64,000 nucleotides of DNA from Micavibrio sp. (GTDB lineage: Bacteria; Pseudomonadota; Alphaproteobacteria; Micavibrionales; UBA2020). The position numbers and the translations under genes were made by a program. Numbering within the stretch: the stretch's first letter is position 1; every line of letters begins with the position of its first letter. Below are positions 26,859-37,900 of the stretch, in pieces. Under the pieces are notes generated by a model. The model was not told the origin of the DNA and did no database searches. It saw nothing but the letters and a program-made list of their open reading frames with translations. The stretch lies in contig JBEIOU010000011.1 of the NCBI GenBank assembly GCA_040377425.1, positions 1-64,000 of the forward strand. Direction: 5' to 3'.

Positions 26859-27611
26859 ATGCTTGAATGGCGCGAAACCGGTGTGATTTTATCTGTCCGC
26901 CCGCACGGTGAAAACGGCGGCGTGGTATCGCTGCTGACCGAACAATACGGCCGTGCCACGGGGTATGTGTACGGCGCGACATCGGTGAAAACGCGCGGCG
27001 TGATGGAAATCGGCAATATCGTGAATGCCCGCTGGCAGGCCAAAGCGTCCGGCCAGCTGGGTACGTTCACGCTGGAGCTGGAAAAAAGCCATGCCGCCGA
27101 TGTGATGCACGACCCCGCACGCCTGACCGCGCTGCAATCCGCCTGCGCCATCGCCGACCGCAGCCTGCCGGAGCGGGAAAAGCACTCCGGCGTTTATGCA
27201 GGGCTATGCGCCCTTTTGGATAGTTTTTCAGGCGACCTTTGGGGGGCGAGCTATATTTTCTGGGAGCTGGGGCTTTTGCGTGAATTAGGCTTTGGTATCG
27301 ACCTGTCCAAGTGCGTATCGACGGGGGCTGTGGATAACTTGCGCTATGTGAGCCCCAAATCCGGCTGCGCCGTAAGTGCCGAGGCGGGGGAGCCGTACAA
27401 AGACCGCCTGCTGCACCTGCCACCGTTTTTGCGGGGGGAGGCACGGTTTGAAGACGAAGACGTGCTGGATGGCCTTCGATTGACTGGACATTTCCTGCTG
27501 CACCGCGTGTTCGCCCTTGGCAATACCAACCTGCCCGAAGCGCGTTTGCGGCTGGAAGAACGCTTTTCCCGTAAAGTTGCCGAAAGCGCCGGCGCGGGGG
27601 ATGCGGCTTAA
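26859..27611 (+). CDS. recO: DNA repair protein RecO
   Basis: 250 aa with an N-terminal OB-fold (GVILSVRPHGENGGVVSLLTEQYGRATGYVYGA) and the RecO C-terminal domain. Confidence 0.85.
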   Translation: MLEWRETGVILSVRPHGENGGVVSLLTEQYGRATGYVYGATSVKTRGVMEIGNIVNARWQAKASGQLGTFTLELEKSHAADVMHDPARLTALQSACAIADRSLPEREKHSGVYAGLCALLDSFSGDLWGASYIFWELGLLRELGFGIDLSKCVSTGAVDNLRYVSPKSGCAVSAEAGEPYKDRLLHLPPFLRGEARFEDEDVLDGLRLTGHFLLHRVFALGNTNLPEARLRLEERFSRKVAESAGAGDAA

Positions 27612-27650
27612 CGGTTGTTTTTGCCGCCGATTTGGGCTAAAAACTGCGCT

Positions 27651-29927
27651 ATGGCCAAGAAAACGAGCAAAAAATCAGGTAGTGACAATACCGTCGTCGC
27701 GGTGGATATCCAAAACCGCGAACTGGGCGAGATTCTGAGCGAGAAATATCTTTCCTACGCTCTCTCGACCATTATGTCCCGTTCGTTGCCCGATGTGCGC
27801 GACGGGCTGAAGCCTGTGCATCGCCGCGTTCTGTATGCCATGCATCAATTGAACCTGAAGCCCGAAACGCAGCCCAAAAAATCGGCGCGTATTGTGGGCG
27901 ACGTCATCGGTAAATATCACCCGCACGGCGACAGTTCGATCTATGACGCCATGGTGCGTCTGGCGCAGGACTTTGCCGTACGCTATCCGCTGGTCGATGG
28001 TCAAGGTAATTTTGGTAACATCGATGGCGATAACGCGGCTGCCATGCGTTATACCGAAGCGCGTTTGACCAAGGTCGCGCAGCTGCTGCTCGAAGACATC
28101 GACCAAGACACCGTTGATTTCCGCCCGACGTATGACGGCGAAACGGTGGAGCCTGTGGTGATGCCCGCCAATTTCCCCAACCTACTGGCGAATGGCTCGT
28201 CCGGTATTGCGGTTGGTATGGCGACGAACATTCCGCCGCATAACGTGGCCGAGCTTTGCGATGCGCTGGATCATTTGATCGAGCAGAAAGATTGCGAAGT
28301 TAAAGACCTGCTGAAATTCGTCAAAGGTCCCGATTTCCCCACGGGCGGTATTCTGGCCGAAGACAAGGCGACCATTCGTCAGGCATACGAAACCGGCCGC
28401 GGCTCGCTGCGTATTCGCGCGGTGTGGCACAAGGAAGAAGTCAAGAAGGGCGAAACTTGGCAGATCGTTATCACCGAGATTCCGTATCAGGTTGTCAAAG
28501 CACGCCTGATCGAAAAAATTGCCGAGCTGATCGTCAACAAAAAGCTGCCGTTCCTCGACGATATCACGGACGAATCTGCCGAAGATGTGCGTATCGTTCT
28601 GACGCCCAAGAGCAAGACGATCGAAGCCGAGCTGTTGATGGCGCAGCTGTATAAGAATACAGACCTCGAAACGCGTTTCTCGCTCAATATGAACGTGCTC
28701 GACCGTGGCCTGACGCCGCGCGTCATGAACCTGAAAGAGGTTCTGCAAGCGTTTATCGATCACCGTCAAGACGTGCTGCTGCGCCGCTCGCGCCACCGCC
28801 TGACGCAGATCGAACATCGCCTCGAAGTTCTGGGCGGTTTATTGATTGCCTATCTGAATATCGACGAAGTCATCAAAATCATCCGCGAGGAAGACGACCC
28901 CAAAGCGGTGATGATGAAACGCTTCAAGCTGTCGGATGTTCAGGTCGAGGCCATCCTGAACATGCGCCTGCGCAGCTTGCGCAAGCTGGAAGAAATCGAA
29001 ATCCGCCGCGAAGACAAAGAACTCCGCGCCGAAAAAGCAGAGCTGGAAAAGCTGATCGGCAGCGTATCGCTGCAAATGAAAGCCATCCGCGGTCAGGTTG
29101 CGCGTATCCGCGAAGCCTTCTCGCCCACAACGCCGCTTGGCAAACGCCGCACGCAGGCGGGCGGCAAGGCGCCGACGGATATCGATGTACCTGTCGAAGC
29201 CTTCATTGAAAAAGAACCCATCACCGTGATCTGCTCCGACAAGGGCTGGATCCGCGCGATGAAGGGACATGTAGAGCAGGAAAAAATCGACGCCATCAGC
29301 TACAAAGACGGCGACGGATTCAAATTTGCTATTCCCTGCGAAACGACTGACAAGCTGGTTGTGTTTGGCACCAACGGTAAATTCTATACCCTGTCGTGCG
29401 ACAAGCTGCCATCCGGCCGCGGGTTTGGTGAACCTGTGCGTCTGATGATTGACCTGTCGAACGAAGCAGACATCATCACCATTATGAAGCATGATCCGGC
29501 GCGCAAGCTGCTGGTCGCTGCCGACGACGGCCGCGGCTTTATCGTGCCCGAAAAAGATATCCTGTCGCAGACCAAAAACGGCAAGCAATGCCTGATGGTG
29601 AAGGGCGGCGTTGAGGCGCGCGTGTGCTATCCGGTTGAACCGAACCACGATCAGGTCGCCGCGATCGGTCAGAACCGCAAACTGCTCATCTTCCCGCTTG
29701 ATCAGGTGCCGGAAATGACCAAGGGCGTTGGGGTTATCCTGCAGCGTCACAAAGATGGCGGCCTGTCGGATGTGAAGACCTTCCGCCTCAAAGACGGTCT
29801 GACATGGTACAGCGCAGGCAAAGAGCGCGTGGAAACCAGCCTCAAAGCGTGGCGCGGCGAGCGTGCGCAGGCCGGTGTTCTGCCCCCGAACGGCTTCCCG
29901 CGCGCCAATAAATTCAACGGCAAGTAA
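27651..29927 (+). CDS. parC: DNA topoisomerase IV subunit A (ParC). About 760 aa favours ParC over GyrA.
   Basis: Catalytic Tyr region and GyrA/ParC N-terminal motifs ([22 protein letters not shown]; [19 protein letters not shown]). Short C-terminal beta-pinwheel and no GyrA-box-length C-terminal domain. ATG 27651 chosen; TTG 27615 is an alternative start. Confidence 0.8.
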   Translation: MAKKTSKKSGSDNTVVAVDIQNRELGEILSEKYLSYALSTIMSRSLPDVRDGLKPVHRRVLYAMHQLNLKPETQPKKSARIVGDVIGKYHPHGDSSIYDAMVRLAQDFAVRYPLVDGQGNFGNIDGDNAAAMRYTEARLTKVAQLLLEDIDQDTVDFRPTYDGETVEPVVMPANFPNLLANGSSGIAVGMATNIPPHNVAELCDALDHLIEQKDCEVKDLLKFVKGPDFPTGGILAEDKATIRQAYETGRGSLRIRAVWHKEEVKKGETWQIVITEIPYQVVKARLIEKIAELIVNKKLPFLDDITDESAEDVRIVLTPKSKTIEAELLMAQLYKNTDLETRFSLNMNVLDRGLTPRVMNLKEVLQAFIDHRQDVLLRRSRHRLTQIEHRLEVLGGLLIAYLNIDEVIKIIREEDDPKAVMMKRFKLSDVQVEAILNMRLRSLRKLEEIEIRREDKELRAEKAELEKLIGSVSLQMKAIRGQVARIREAFSPTTPLGKRRTQAGGKAPTDIDVPVEAFIEKEPITVICSDKGWIRAMKGHVEQEKIDAISYKDGDGFKFAIPCETTDKLVVFGTNGKFYTLSCDKLPSGRGFGEPVRLMIDLSNEADIITIMKHDPARKLLVAADDGRGFIVPEKDILSQTKNGKQCLMVKGGVEARVCYPVEPNHDQVAAIGQNRKLLIFPLDQVPEMTKGVGVILQRHKDGGLSDVKTFRLKDGLTWYSAGKERVETSLKAWRGERAQAGVLPPNGFPRANKFNGK

Positions 29928-29950
29928 TTATCTTTCCTTTTTCCGGATAA

Positions 29951-29995
29951 ACAGACGGAGTCGCTTTCACGCGTCCGTTTGCGGCCTTTTCTGTG
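29951..29995 (+). terminator. Putative parC terminator
   Basis: CAGACGGA-(14-nt loop)-TCCGTTTG stem followed by GCGGCCTTTTCTG. The loop is long, hence moderate confidence. Confidence 0.4.
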
Positions 29996-30153
29996 GATTG
30001 TTTTGCTCTGGAATATATAGCAATAACAGGCGCTTATTTGAAAAGCTGGACACCTGCGGCAGGGTGATTTAAAAACATCCCGTTTCCAGTCTGCGCGATC
30101 CTTAACCGGCATTTTTCGGTGAGGCGTTTATATAAAAAACCAGGGTGTATTTA

Positions 30154-30783
30154 ATGCAATTTCAGCAGACAGGTCTGCCGGATACGAAGATTTTTCACGA
30201 CGCTTTCAAGGCGGGCTGGCCGCGGTATCTGGAGCGTTTTGACGGCGATGCCGATATGGCCGGTGCGCAGTACCTGCGCGGCCCTGTGGCGATGGCGCGT
30301 CTGATTTTCGAACATGGCGGCGATTGCCGTCAGGTGGCATCGGCGGCCTGCCTTGCAGGTCCTGCGGTTTTTTCCAGCCGTCCGGCGGAATGGCTGGGCA
30401 GCAAGATGGTCGAATTCTCGCGCGAAGTCAGCGGCATGAAAATTACATCGACCCAAGAGCTTTGTGCCAATCTGGCCCGCCAGTCGGGCGGGGCGCGTCT
30501 GTTTTTTCAGGCCAGCGCGATTTTGTTAATGGAACAATTGGCAGACCCTGTCACCGGCCCGCGCTACAGCGCAGCCGATGCGCAAAAAACCTATGCCGAG
30601 GCGCTGGAGATTTATTCGGCCGCACGCGGCACGCAGGATACCTATAAGCTGGATACGCGTTTTGAAATCGCGGCGATGAAGGTGACAACCGTGCTGGAAA
30701 GCCGCCCGCATATCTGGACGCTAATGCCGAAATCATCGGCGATTGCCGCGGCGCGTCCCGTCAGCACTACGGGCCGTGTGTAA
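30154..30783 (+). CDS. Hypothetical protein, no recognisable domain
   Basis: Intact 209-aa ORF (MQFQQTGLPDTKIFHDAF...) with normal codon usage and AGGG about 10 nt upstream. GTG 30145 is an alternative start. No TM helix or signal peptide. Confidence 0.5.
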   Translation: MQFQQTGLPDTKIFHDAFKAGWPRYLERFDGDADMAGAQYLRGPVAMARLIFEHGGDCRQVASAACLAGPAVFSSRPAEWLGSKMVEFSREVSGMKITSTQELCANLARQSGGARLFFQASAILLMEQLADPVTGPRYSAADAQKTYAEALEIYSAARGTQDTYKLDTRFEIAAMKVTTVLESRPHIWTLMPKSSAIAAARPVSTTGRV

Positions 30784-30801
30784 GATTTACGTGTGTAAGA
30801 T

Positions 30802-31578
30802 TTAAACGGGCGATACCGCCCTATCTTTGGCCGTATCTTTCCCCATATCAACCCATCGACTGTTTTGCATCATTTCCAGCGGCTGGAAATGCGCCTTGTA
30901 AGCCATCTTGGGTGAGGCCGCGATCCAGTATCCCAGATATAGATACGATTTATGGATGGCGCGTGTATCCGCGGCCATGTGCAAAATCATCCACGTGCCG
31001 GGGCTTTGTGCTGACAGGTCAGGGTCGAAAAAACTATAAACCGCCGACCGGCCATCGGGCAGATCGTCGTACAGCATCACAGCCGCCAGCTGCCCCGCAT
31101 CGTCACGCGCCGTCAGTAAACGGGCGTGACCGGTGTGCTGTTCAATCATTTGCGCCAGATCGCTTGCATCCATCGCGGCCATTTCACTGTCGGCGTGGCG
31201 GCTTTGTTGATAGCGCCGGAACAGGTCATAAATTTCCGCACTGGATACAGCATCGACGTGCTTGGTGTGCAGATACGCATTTTTACGGAGAATACGCCGA
31301 TGCCCCGCATCGGGCGTAAAATCCCGCAGCCGCAGGCGCACGCTGATGCAGGCGCGGCATGTGGCGCAGTGCGGACGGTATAAAATCTGCTGGCTGCGGC
31401 GAAACCCGTTCTGAAGCAGGGAGGGCAATGCCGCCGCCTGCGCCGGTGTTTCAAGAATGGTCAACACACGCTGTTCTTCAAGACCGGTCAGATAGGGGCA
31501 GGGCGCGGGGGCTGTCAGATAAAAGTCAAGCGCTTCGCCTGTACGCCGCGGCGTGGTATCCGGCGCGTCGTTCGTCAC
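30802..31578 (-). CDS. bpt: Arginyl/leucyl-tRNA--protein transferase (Bpt/ATE family, N-end rule)
   Basis: 258 aa with ATE_N and ATE_C-like regions: conserved Cys cluster CPYL...C..C..C and YLGYWI motif. Confidence 0.8.
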   Translation of the reverse strand: MTNDAPDTTPRRTGEALDFYLTAPAPCPYLTGLEEQRVLTILETPAQAAALPSLLQNGFRRSQQILYRPHCATCRACISVRLRLRDFTPDAGHRRILRKNAYLHTKHVDAVSSAEIYDLFRRYQQSRHADSEMAAMDASDLAQMIEQHTGHARLLTARDDAGQLAAVMLYDDLPDGRSAVYSFFDPDLSAQSPGTWMILHMAADTRAIHKSYLYLGYWIAASPKMAYKAHFQPLEMMQNSRWVDMGKDTAKDRAVSPV

Positions 31579-32573
31579 GGGAAATATATCACGCCTTCTT
31601 CGCGGCGTTTGTTTGCGGGTTCATCTTTTTTCGGTGCTGCTTTGGACGGTGTTTTCTGCGGCGTAGCCTTCGGCGTTGCCGGCGCGATGGACTGCTTCAT
31701 CAGGATAATACTGATACGGCGGTTGCGGGCGTTTTCGGGGTCTTCGGGCACCAGCGGTTCGCGGTCGGCCTTGCCCTGAATGTTTTCCACGCGCGATGTT
31801 TCAAGGCCGCTGCCCAGAATGACGCGGCGGCTGGCATTCGCGCGGTCGGCGGACAATTCCCAGTTGCCATAGGTGATATCGCGGCCATAGGCTTTTGAAT
31901 CTGTATGTCCGCGAATGGATAGCTTGTTGGGTAGATCGCGTACCACCTGTGCGACAAGGCGCAGCAGCTTTTCGGCCTGCGGCATCGGCTTGGCGGAACC
32001 CAGTTCAAACATAGGCTTGCCTTCCTGATCCACGATCTGGATGCGCAGCCCCTCCGGTGTCATGTCGATCAGCAGGTTTGGGGCCAGCTCTTTCAGCTCC
32101 GGCACGCTTTCCATCGCTTCGCGCAGTTTATCTTCGGTTTCCTTGAACGCTTTGTTGTCGCGGCGTTCCAGCTCTTTGTCCAGTTGCTCTTCGGTGATTT
32201 CGGATGAGGGAGGCTGCGTGCCGTCTTCGCCGTCTTCTTTGCCGACGCCTTCGGCGGGCATGCCTTCGGGGGCGACGGGGGTTTTGTCGTCCGTCATGGC
32301 GCCTTCTTCGGACATGGTCTGGCCGCCCATGACGCCGCCGGCGCCGCTGGTGGATTCAGAAATCATCGGATCCGCGGGGCGGAAGTAGGACGAGATCGCG
32401 TCTTTCTGGTTTTTGGTCGTGACGTTCAAAAGCCAGAGCAAAAGAAAAAAGGCCATCATCGCGGTCACGAAGTCGGCATACGCGACTTTCCAGGCACCGC
32501 CGTGATGGCCGCCTTCTACTTTTTTGACCCGCTTGATAATAATCGTCGGGGCTTTTTCGTCATTTTTCGCCAT
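31575..32573 (-). CDS. motB: Flagellar stator protein MotB (OmpA-like peptidoglycan-binding C-terminus)
   Basis: N-terminus GGAWKVAYADFVTAMMAFFLLLW closely matches the MotB plug/TM region. C-terminal OmpA-like domain. ATGA overlap with bpt. Confidence 0.85.
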   Translation of the reverse strand: MAKNDEKAPTIIIKRVKKVEGGHHGGAWKVAYADFVTAMMAFFLLLWLLNVTTKNQKDAISSYFRPADPMISESTSGAGGVMGGQTMSEEGAMTDDKTPVAPEGMPAEGVGKEDGEDGTQPPSSEITEEQLDKELERRDNKAFKETEDKLREAMESVPELKELAPNLLIDMTPEGLRIQIVDQEGKPMFELGSAKPMPQAEKLLRLVAQVVRDLPNKLSIRGHTDSKAYGRDITYGNWELSADRANASRRVILGSGLETSRVENIQGKADREPLVPEDPENARNRRISIILMKQSIAPATPKATPQKTPSKAAPKKDEPANKRREEGVIYFP

Positions 32574-32593
32574 CGTTCAATCCTGTAGGCGGT

Positions 32594-33451
32594 TTAGGCC
32601 GTGACGTTTTGCGTCGCTTCCTCTACCTCCATAAAGGTGGGCTGCACGTCGTGCATCAAAATCTTGCGCCCGAATTCAATCGCCACCTGCGGCGCAGCGC
32701 CTTGCAGGAAGGCAAGAATAGATGTTTTCATGCAGATGTAATATTTCAGCTCGCCATCGTTACGCTCTTTCATCGCGCTGGCGATGGGGGCCAGAAAGCC
32801 GTAGGACAGCCAAACGCCGAGGAATGTACCCACCAGCGCGCCACCGATCAGCTTGCCCAGAACTTCGGGCGGCTCGGAAATAGCGCCCATGGTTTTGATG
32901 ATACCCAGAACGGCGGCCACGATACCCAGCGCGGGCATACCGTCGGCCATGGTCTGGATGGCGTGCGATGTATGGTTGCGGCCTTCGCGCTGCGTGTCGA
33001 TTTCCTGATCCATCAACGCTTCGATTTCATGCGCTTTTTCCGCGCCCAGCGAAATGATGCGCAGATAATCGCACAGGAACGTGACGGCGTGATGGTCTGC
33101 GTGGAATACGGGGAATTTTTTAAAGATGTCACTGTCGTGCGGGTTTTCGATGTGAACTTCAAGCGCCAGCCAGCCTTTGCTACGCGCGGTTTTGAAAACC
33201 AGATACAGCATGCTGAGCAGTTCCAGATATTCTGCTTTGCCGTATTTGTCTTTTTTGTAAATCGCCTTGACGTCGGCGAGAGAGGCCTTGATAGCATGCG
33301 TCGAGTTCGCCGTCAGGAACGCCATACAGGCGGAGCCGAAAATGATCACAAGCTCGAACGGCTGGTTCAGTACGGCCAGCTTGCCGCCCATAGCTGCATA
33401 GCCCCCCAGCGTGGCGACGACAACACCGATATGACCGACGATCTTGATCAT
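32594..33451 (-). CDS. motA: Flagellar stator protein MotA
   Basis: 285 aa with 4 TM helices and the MotA/TolQ/ExbB signature around GMPALGIVAAVLGIIKTMGAI. Directly upstream of motB. Confidence 0.85.
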   Translation of the reverse strand: MIKIVGHIGVVVATLGGYAAMGGKLAVLNQPFELVIIFGSACMAFLTANSTHAIKASLADVKAIYKKDKYGKAEYLELLSMLYLVFKTARSKGWLALEVHIENPHDSDIFKKFPVFHADHHAVTFLCDYLRIISLGAEKAHEIEALMDQEIDTQREGRNHTSHAIQTMADGMPALGIVAAVLGIIKTMGAISEPPEVLGKLIGGALVGTFLGVWLSYGFLAPIASAMKERNDGELKYYICMKTSILAFLQGAAPQVAIEFGRKILMHDVQPTFMEVEEATQNVTA

Positions 33452-33503
33452 GCAATCCTTGCACTTTGTCTGTGGTTAGGCAGTAATTTCGCGGGGAACC
33501 CGC

Positions 33504-33530
33504 AAAAAACCGGAAACGTCCTGTCCCGGA
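33504..33530 (-). terminator. Putative terminator of the arginase-family gene (tandem hairpins including GCGGGGAACCCGC)
   Basis: On the minus strand, CCGGGAC...GTTTCCGG hairpin followed by TTTTTT. An adjacent GCGGG-gaa-CCCGC hairpin. Confidence 0.4.
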
Positions 33531-33591
33531 ATTCCAGTATGGGCCAGAGAGTGTTAATTTTCAATTAAGACTCCGGATTTTCAAAGACGTG

Positions 33592-34518
33592 TCAGGCGTT
33601 TAGGAAAATGTGCGACGCGAGAGCAATGATCAACCGCGCGGTTTTGCCATCGATATCCTTGTGCGGGTTGTATTCGACAATTTCAAGGCCACAGAAATCA
33701 TGCAGTTTGCCAACCCCCGCCAGTGCGGGCAGGGTCTCTGATGCCATAATGCCAATATCTTCGCGCGTGGCCACGCCGGGCGCATCGCCGGGCGAGAAGC
33801 CGTCGAGGTCAATGCTGAGGCCGAAGCCTTCCGTGCCGCCGCGCGCACGCGCGAGGGCTTCGGCAAATACGGCCGCAAAACCGCGTTTTTGTACTTCGTC
33901 GAAGTAATAAACGCGAATACCGTGACGCTCGACAAAGGCTTTTTCCGACGGCTCGTAACTATGGGCACCGATGATGGATATATGCTGCGGCGATATCTTG
34001 GGGCCGCGGCCGCCAATACCAGTCAGCGCCGGCAGGCCATAGCCCATCAGCGCAGGGATAGGCTGCCCATGCCACCAGCCGCCCCATTTACCTTCGGATG
34101 ATGTTTCATATGTGTGGCAATCCAGATGCGCATCAATCCAGATCAGACCAAAATTTTCGCGGGCTTTGTGCGTTTTGATGATGTTGGGCCATGTCCCCAT
34201 CGCCGAAGCATGGTCGCCGCCAATAACCAGCGGAATATGACGGTTTTCCGCCGCCACGCCCGTCCGCAAGGCAAGGCGTTTGAGCCCCTCGATCAGCACG
34301 GGCAGGGTTTTGTCTTTGGTGGGCAGATCGTCATGCGTGCCCAGATGCTTGATGCCCAGCGGCGCGTGCCAGTTGGTGCGTACATTCTGCTGCGCCAATT
34401 TCGCGATCAGTTGATCATAAGGGAATTTAATGGGGCCATCTTCGCAGCGGTAATCGCCGCAGCCCCAGCCGCTGTCATAGCCGATGATATCGAGTGTCAG
34501 TTGGTTGTCTTGCTGCAT
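33592..34518 (-). CDS. Arginase-family metallohydrolase (arginase / agmatinase / formiminoglutamase type)
   Basis: Mn-binding motifs GGDHA, DAHLD and SIDLDGFSP in the canonical order. Start set at the internal ATG (MQQDNQLTLDIIGYDSG, 34518) by family alignment; the ORF-track start 34605 is possible. Confidence 0.75.
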   Translation of the reverse strand: MQQDNQLTLDIIGYDSGWGCGDYRCEDGPIKFPYDQLIAKLAQQNVRTNWHAPLGIKHLGTHDDLPTKDKTLPVLIEGLKRLALRTGVAAENRHIPLVIGGDHASAMGTWPNIIKTHKARENFGLIWIDAHLDCHTYETSSEGKWGGWWHGQPIPALMGYGLPALTGIGGRGPKISPQHISIIGAHSYEPSEKAFVERHGIRVYYFDEVQKRGFAAVFAEALARARGGTEGFGLSIDLDGFSPGDAPGVATREDIGIMASETLPALAGVGKLHDFCGLEIVEYNPHKDIDGKTARLIIALASHIFLNA

Positions 34519-34675
34519 GTTATGTAATTGTTTTGTTGCAACGGACACCAGAATGCCTGTGCCCCGATCAAAAGTCAAAGCGCATCGCAATTGCTGCAGG
34601 TGCATAAAAATAGCAATCCAGATTATGTTGGTGCATACTGTAAAGCGTTGATTTCATGAACGCAGGAGCATACCG

Positions 34676-35548
34676 ATGCTGGCGCTCTGCTGGTTTTATT
34701 GCATTCCGTTTGCAAAATTTATGTATTTTGCAATCAGTCCCGTATTGATCGTCTTTGCGATGTTCATGTTCAAACGCGGCATTTACACCGCGCGGCCCAA
34801 ATTGCGTCAATGGGCATTGGTGTTGATTTTCTTTGCGCTGGTCAAAGTTTGCGCGTTCGACGTGCGCGCGCTCGGGCAGGATCTATTGTGCACGGTCAAT
34901 GAACAGCTCAGCGAAATGGGCTGCAACAAAAGCTGGCAGCGCGGGCTAGAGCTTGTGGCGCTACTCCTGCTGGTGGGCGGCAGCATTGTACTGTTCCAGC
35001 TGCACCGTGCGTATATGAATGTCACGCAAGCCACCACCCTGAAGCCCGATGACGTACATCTGCGTTTCTGGGCCAATGCCTGTTTAGTTGCGGTGATTGG
35101 CATGGCGGTCTGGCAATGCGCGCCGTGGGTGGCGTCGCTGACTGTCGGGCGCATGCCCCAAATTTTCGATCAGGTACCATGGCAAGCGGTGGCGATCGGT
35201 AACCTGTGCCTGCTGCTTTACGGGTTCTGGAAGTCGGAAAGCTGCAACTGGAATTACGAAGTAAAAAACAAAAAGCGCATGCAGCATCTAAACCAGACAT
35301 GGACGCCGCGCGATACCCTGTGGATGTGTGTTTTTATTTATCTGGTTACGCTGGCGCTGTCCTACGTTGCGCATGACATTTTGACCCCGCCCGAAAGCCT
35401 GTCCGCGATGCAAAAACAGGCGCAGCAGCAAATCGAAATGAAAATGATGCATCAGCAAAAACTGGAAGACGCGCAAGAACAGCATCAGCAGCAGATGCAG
35501 CAGATGCAATTACAGCAGCAACAACAGCAAAGGCAGCAAGGCCCGTAA
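34676..35548 (+). CDS. Hypothetical multi-pass membrane protein with a glutamine-rich C-terminal tail
   Basis: 290 aa with at least 6 predicted TM helices. C-terminus ...QQQIEMKMMHQQKLEDAQEQHQQQMQQMQLQQQQQQRQQGP. Local GC is lower than in its neighbours. Confidence 0.6.
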   Translation: MLALCWFYCIPFAKFMYFAISPVLIVFAMFMFKRGIYTARPKLRQWALVLIFFALVKVCAFDVRALGQDLLCTVNEQLSEMGCNKSWQRGLELVALLLLVGGSIVLFQLHRAYMNVTQATTLKPDDVHLRFWANACLVAVIGMAVWQCAPWVASLTVGRMPQIFDQVPWQAVAIGNLCLLLYGFWKSESCNWNYEVKNKKRMQHLNQTWTPRDTLWMCVFIYLVTLALSYVAHDILTPPESLSAMQKQAQQQIEMKMMHQQKLEDAQEQHQQQMQQMQLQQQQQQRQQGP

Positions 35549-35566
35549 CCTGCCCTCGGTTTCGGG

Positions 35567-36682
<1,116 letters not shown>

Positions 36683-36742
36683 TCAACGCCGGTAAAGTCA
36701 CTTATAAAGAGTGCTCCATGAAAAGAAACGGTTTTTTGAAAA

Positions 36743-37828
36743 ATGACGCAAGACGCTGAAATCCTTTTTGAAGTCCGCGGCCATATGGGCCTTGTGACGC
36801 TGAACCGTCCGGCCGCGCTCAACGCGCTGACGCTGGGCATGATTCGCGCGCTGGATGCGCAGCTGGTCGCTTTCGCCAAAGATCCGCAGATCAAGGCGGT
36901 GATCATCACGGGGGCGGGCGATCGTGCATTCTGCTCCGGCGGCGATGTGAAAGCTGTCGCGATCGAAAGCAAGGCGATGCAAGAGGGCAAAGCCGACGGT
37001 GCGCTGACGCGCGATTTCTTCCGCGAAGAATATATTCTCAATCACCGCATCTTCACGTTCCCCAAGCCTTATATCTCGCTCATCAACGGTATCGTTATGG
37101 GCGGCGGCAAGGGCGTATCGGCGCATGGTTCGCACCGCGTTGTGACCGAAAGCACGCTGTTTGCCATGCCTGAAACCAACATCGGTTTCTTCCCGGATGT
37201 GGGCGGCGGTTATTTCCTGCCGCGCTGCCCCGGCCAAACAGGCGCCTATCTGGCGCTGACCAGCAAACGCATCAAGGCGATTGATACGATTTATATCGGT
37301 TTTGGCACGCATTACGTGACGCCCGAAAGCATGACCGCGCTAAAAGAAGAGCTTTGCGCCATGGCGTGGGACGACAACGAAGATGCGAAGCCGCAAATTG
37401 ATGCCGTGATCGAAAAACATACGTCGGAGCCGACGGGCGAGTCCGAATTGGCACCCAACCGTGACCGTATCGACACCTGCTTCGCGCATGACCGTATCGA
37501 AGACATTTTGGCCGATTTGCAAAAAGACGGAACACCGTGGGCAGACGAAACGTTAAGCGCGATGTACGCCATGTCGCCGACCAGCCTGAAGGTGGCGCTG
37601 AAGCAGATCCGCATGGGGGGCAATATGCCCTTCGCGCAGGTTATGACTATGGAATATCGCCTGTCGCAGGCGCTGATGAAAAGCCATGACTTCTACGAAG
37701 GTATTCGCGCGGCCCTGATCGACAAAGACCGCAAGCCCCAATGGCAGCCGCCGCGCATCAACGAAGTGTCGGATCAGGATATTGATGCCTGCTTCGAAAG
37801 CTTGGGCGAACGCGATCTGGTGCTCTAA
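36743..37828 (+). CDS. Enoyl-CoA hydratase/isomerase-family protein, 3-hydroxyisobutyryl-CoA hydrolase-like
   Basis: Crotonase fold (VITGAGDRAFCSGGDVKAV) at about 360 aa, the HIBCH-type length with the C-terminal extension. Confidence 0.8.
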   Translation: MTQDAEILFEVRGHMGLVTLNRPAALNALTLGMIRALDAQLVAFAKDPQIKAVIITGAGDRAFCSGGDVKAVAIESKAMQEGKADGALTRDFFREEYILNHRIFTFPKPYISLINGIVMGGGKGVSAHGSHRVVTESTLFAMPETNIGFFPDVGGGYFLPRCPGQTGAYLALTSKRIKAIDTIYIGFGTHYVTPESMTALKEELCAMAWDDNEDAKPQIDAVIEKHTSEPTGESELAPNRDRIDTCFAHDRIEDILADLQKDGTPWADETLSAMYAMSPTSLKVALKQIRMGGNMPFAQVMTMEYRLSQALMKSHDFYEGIRAALIDKDRKPQWQPPRINEVSDQDIDACFESLGERDLVL

Positions 37829-37900
37829 GCGGTTTAGGCCTTTGCAGGGCGTGCGGATTTAGCCTAGAATACGCCAGATGTCCAATAAGGAGCCTAGTCG

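Noticed and set aside
28839-29750. 303-aa minus-strand ORF inside parC
   Set aside because: Antisense of a highly conserved topoisomerase gene.
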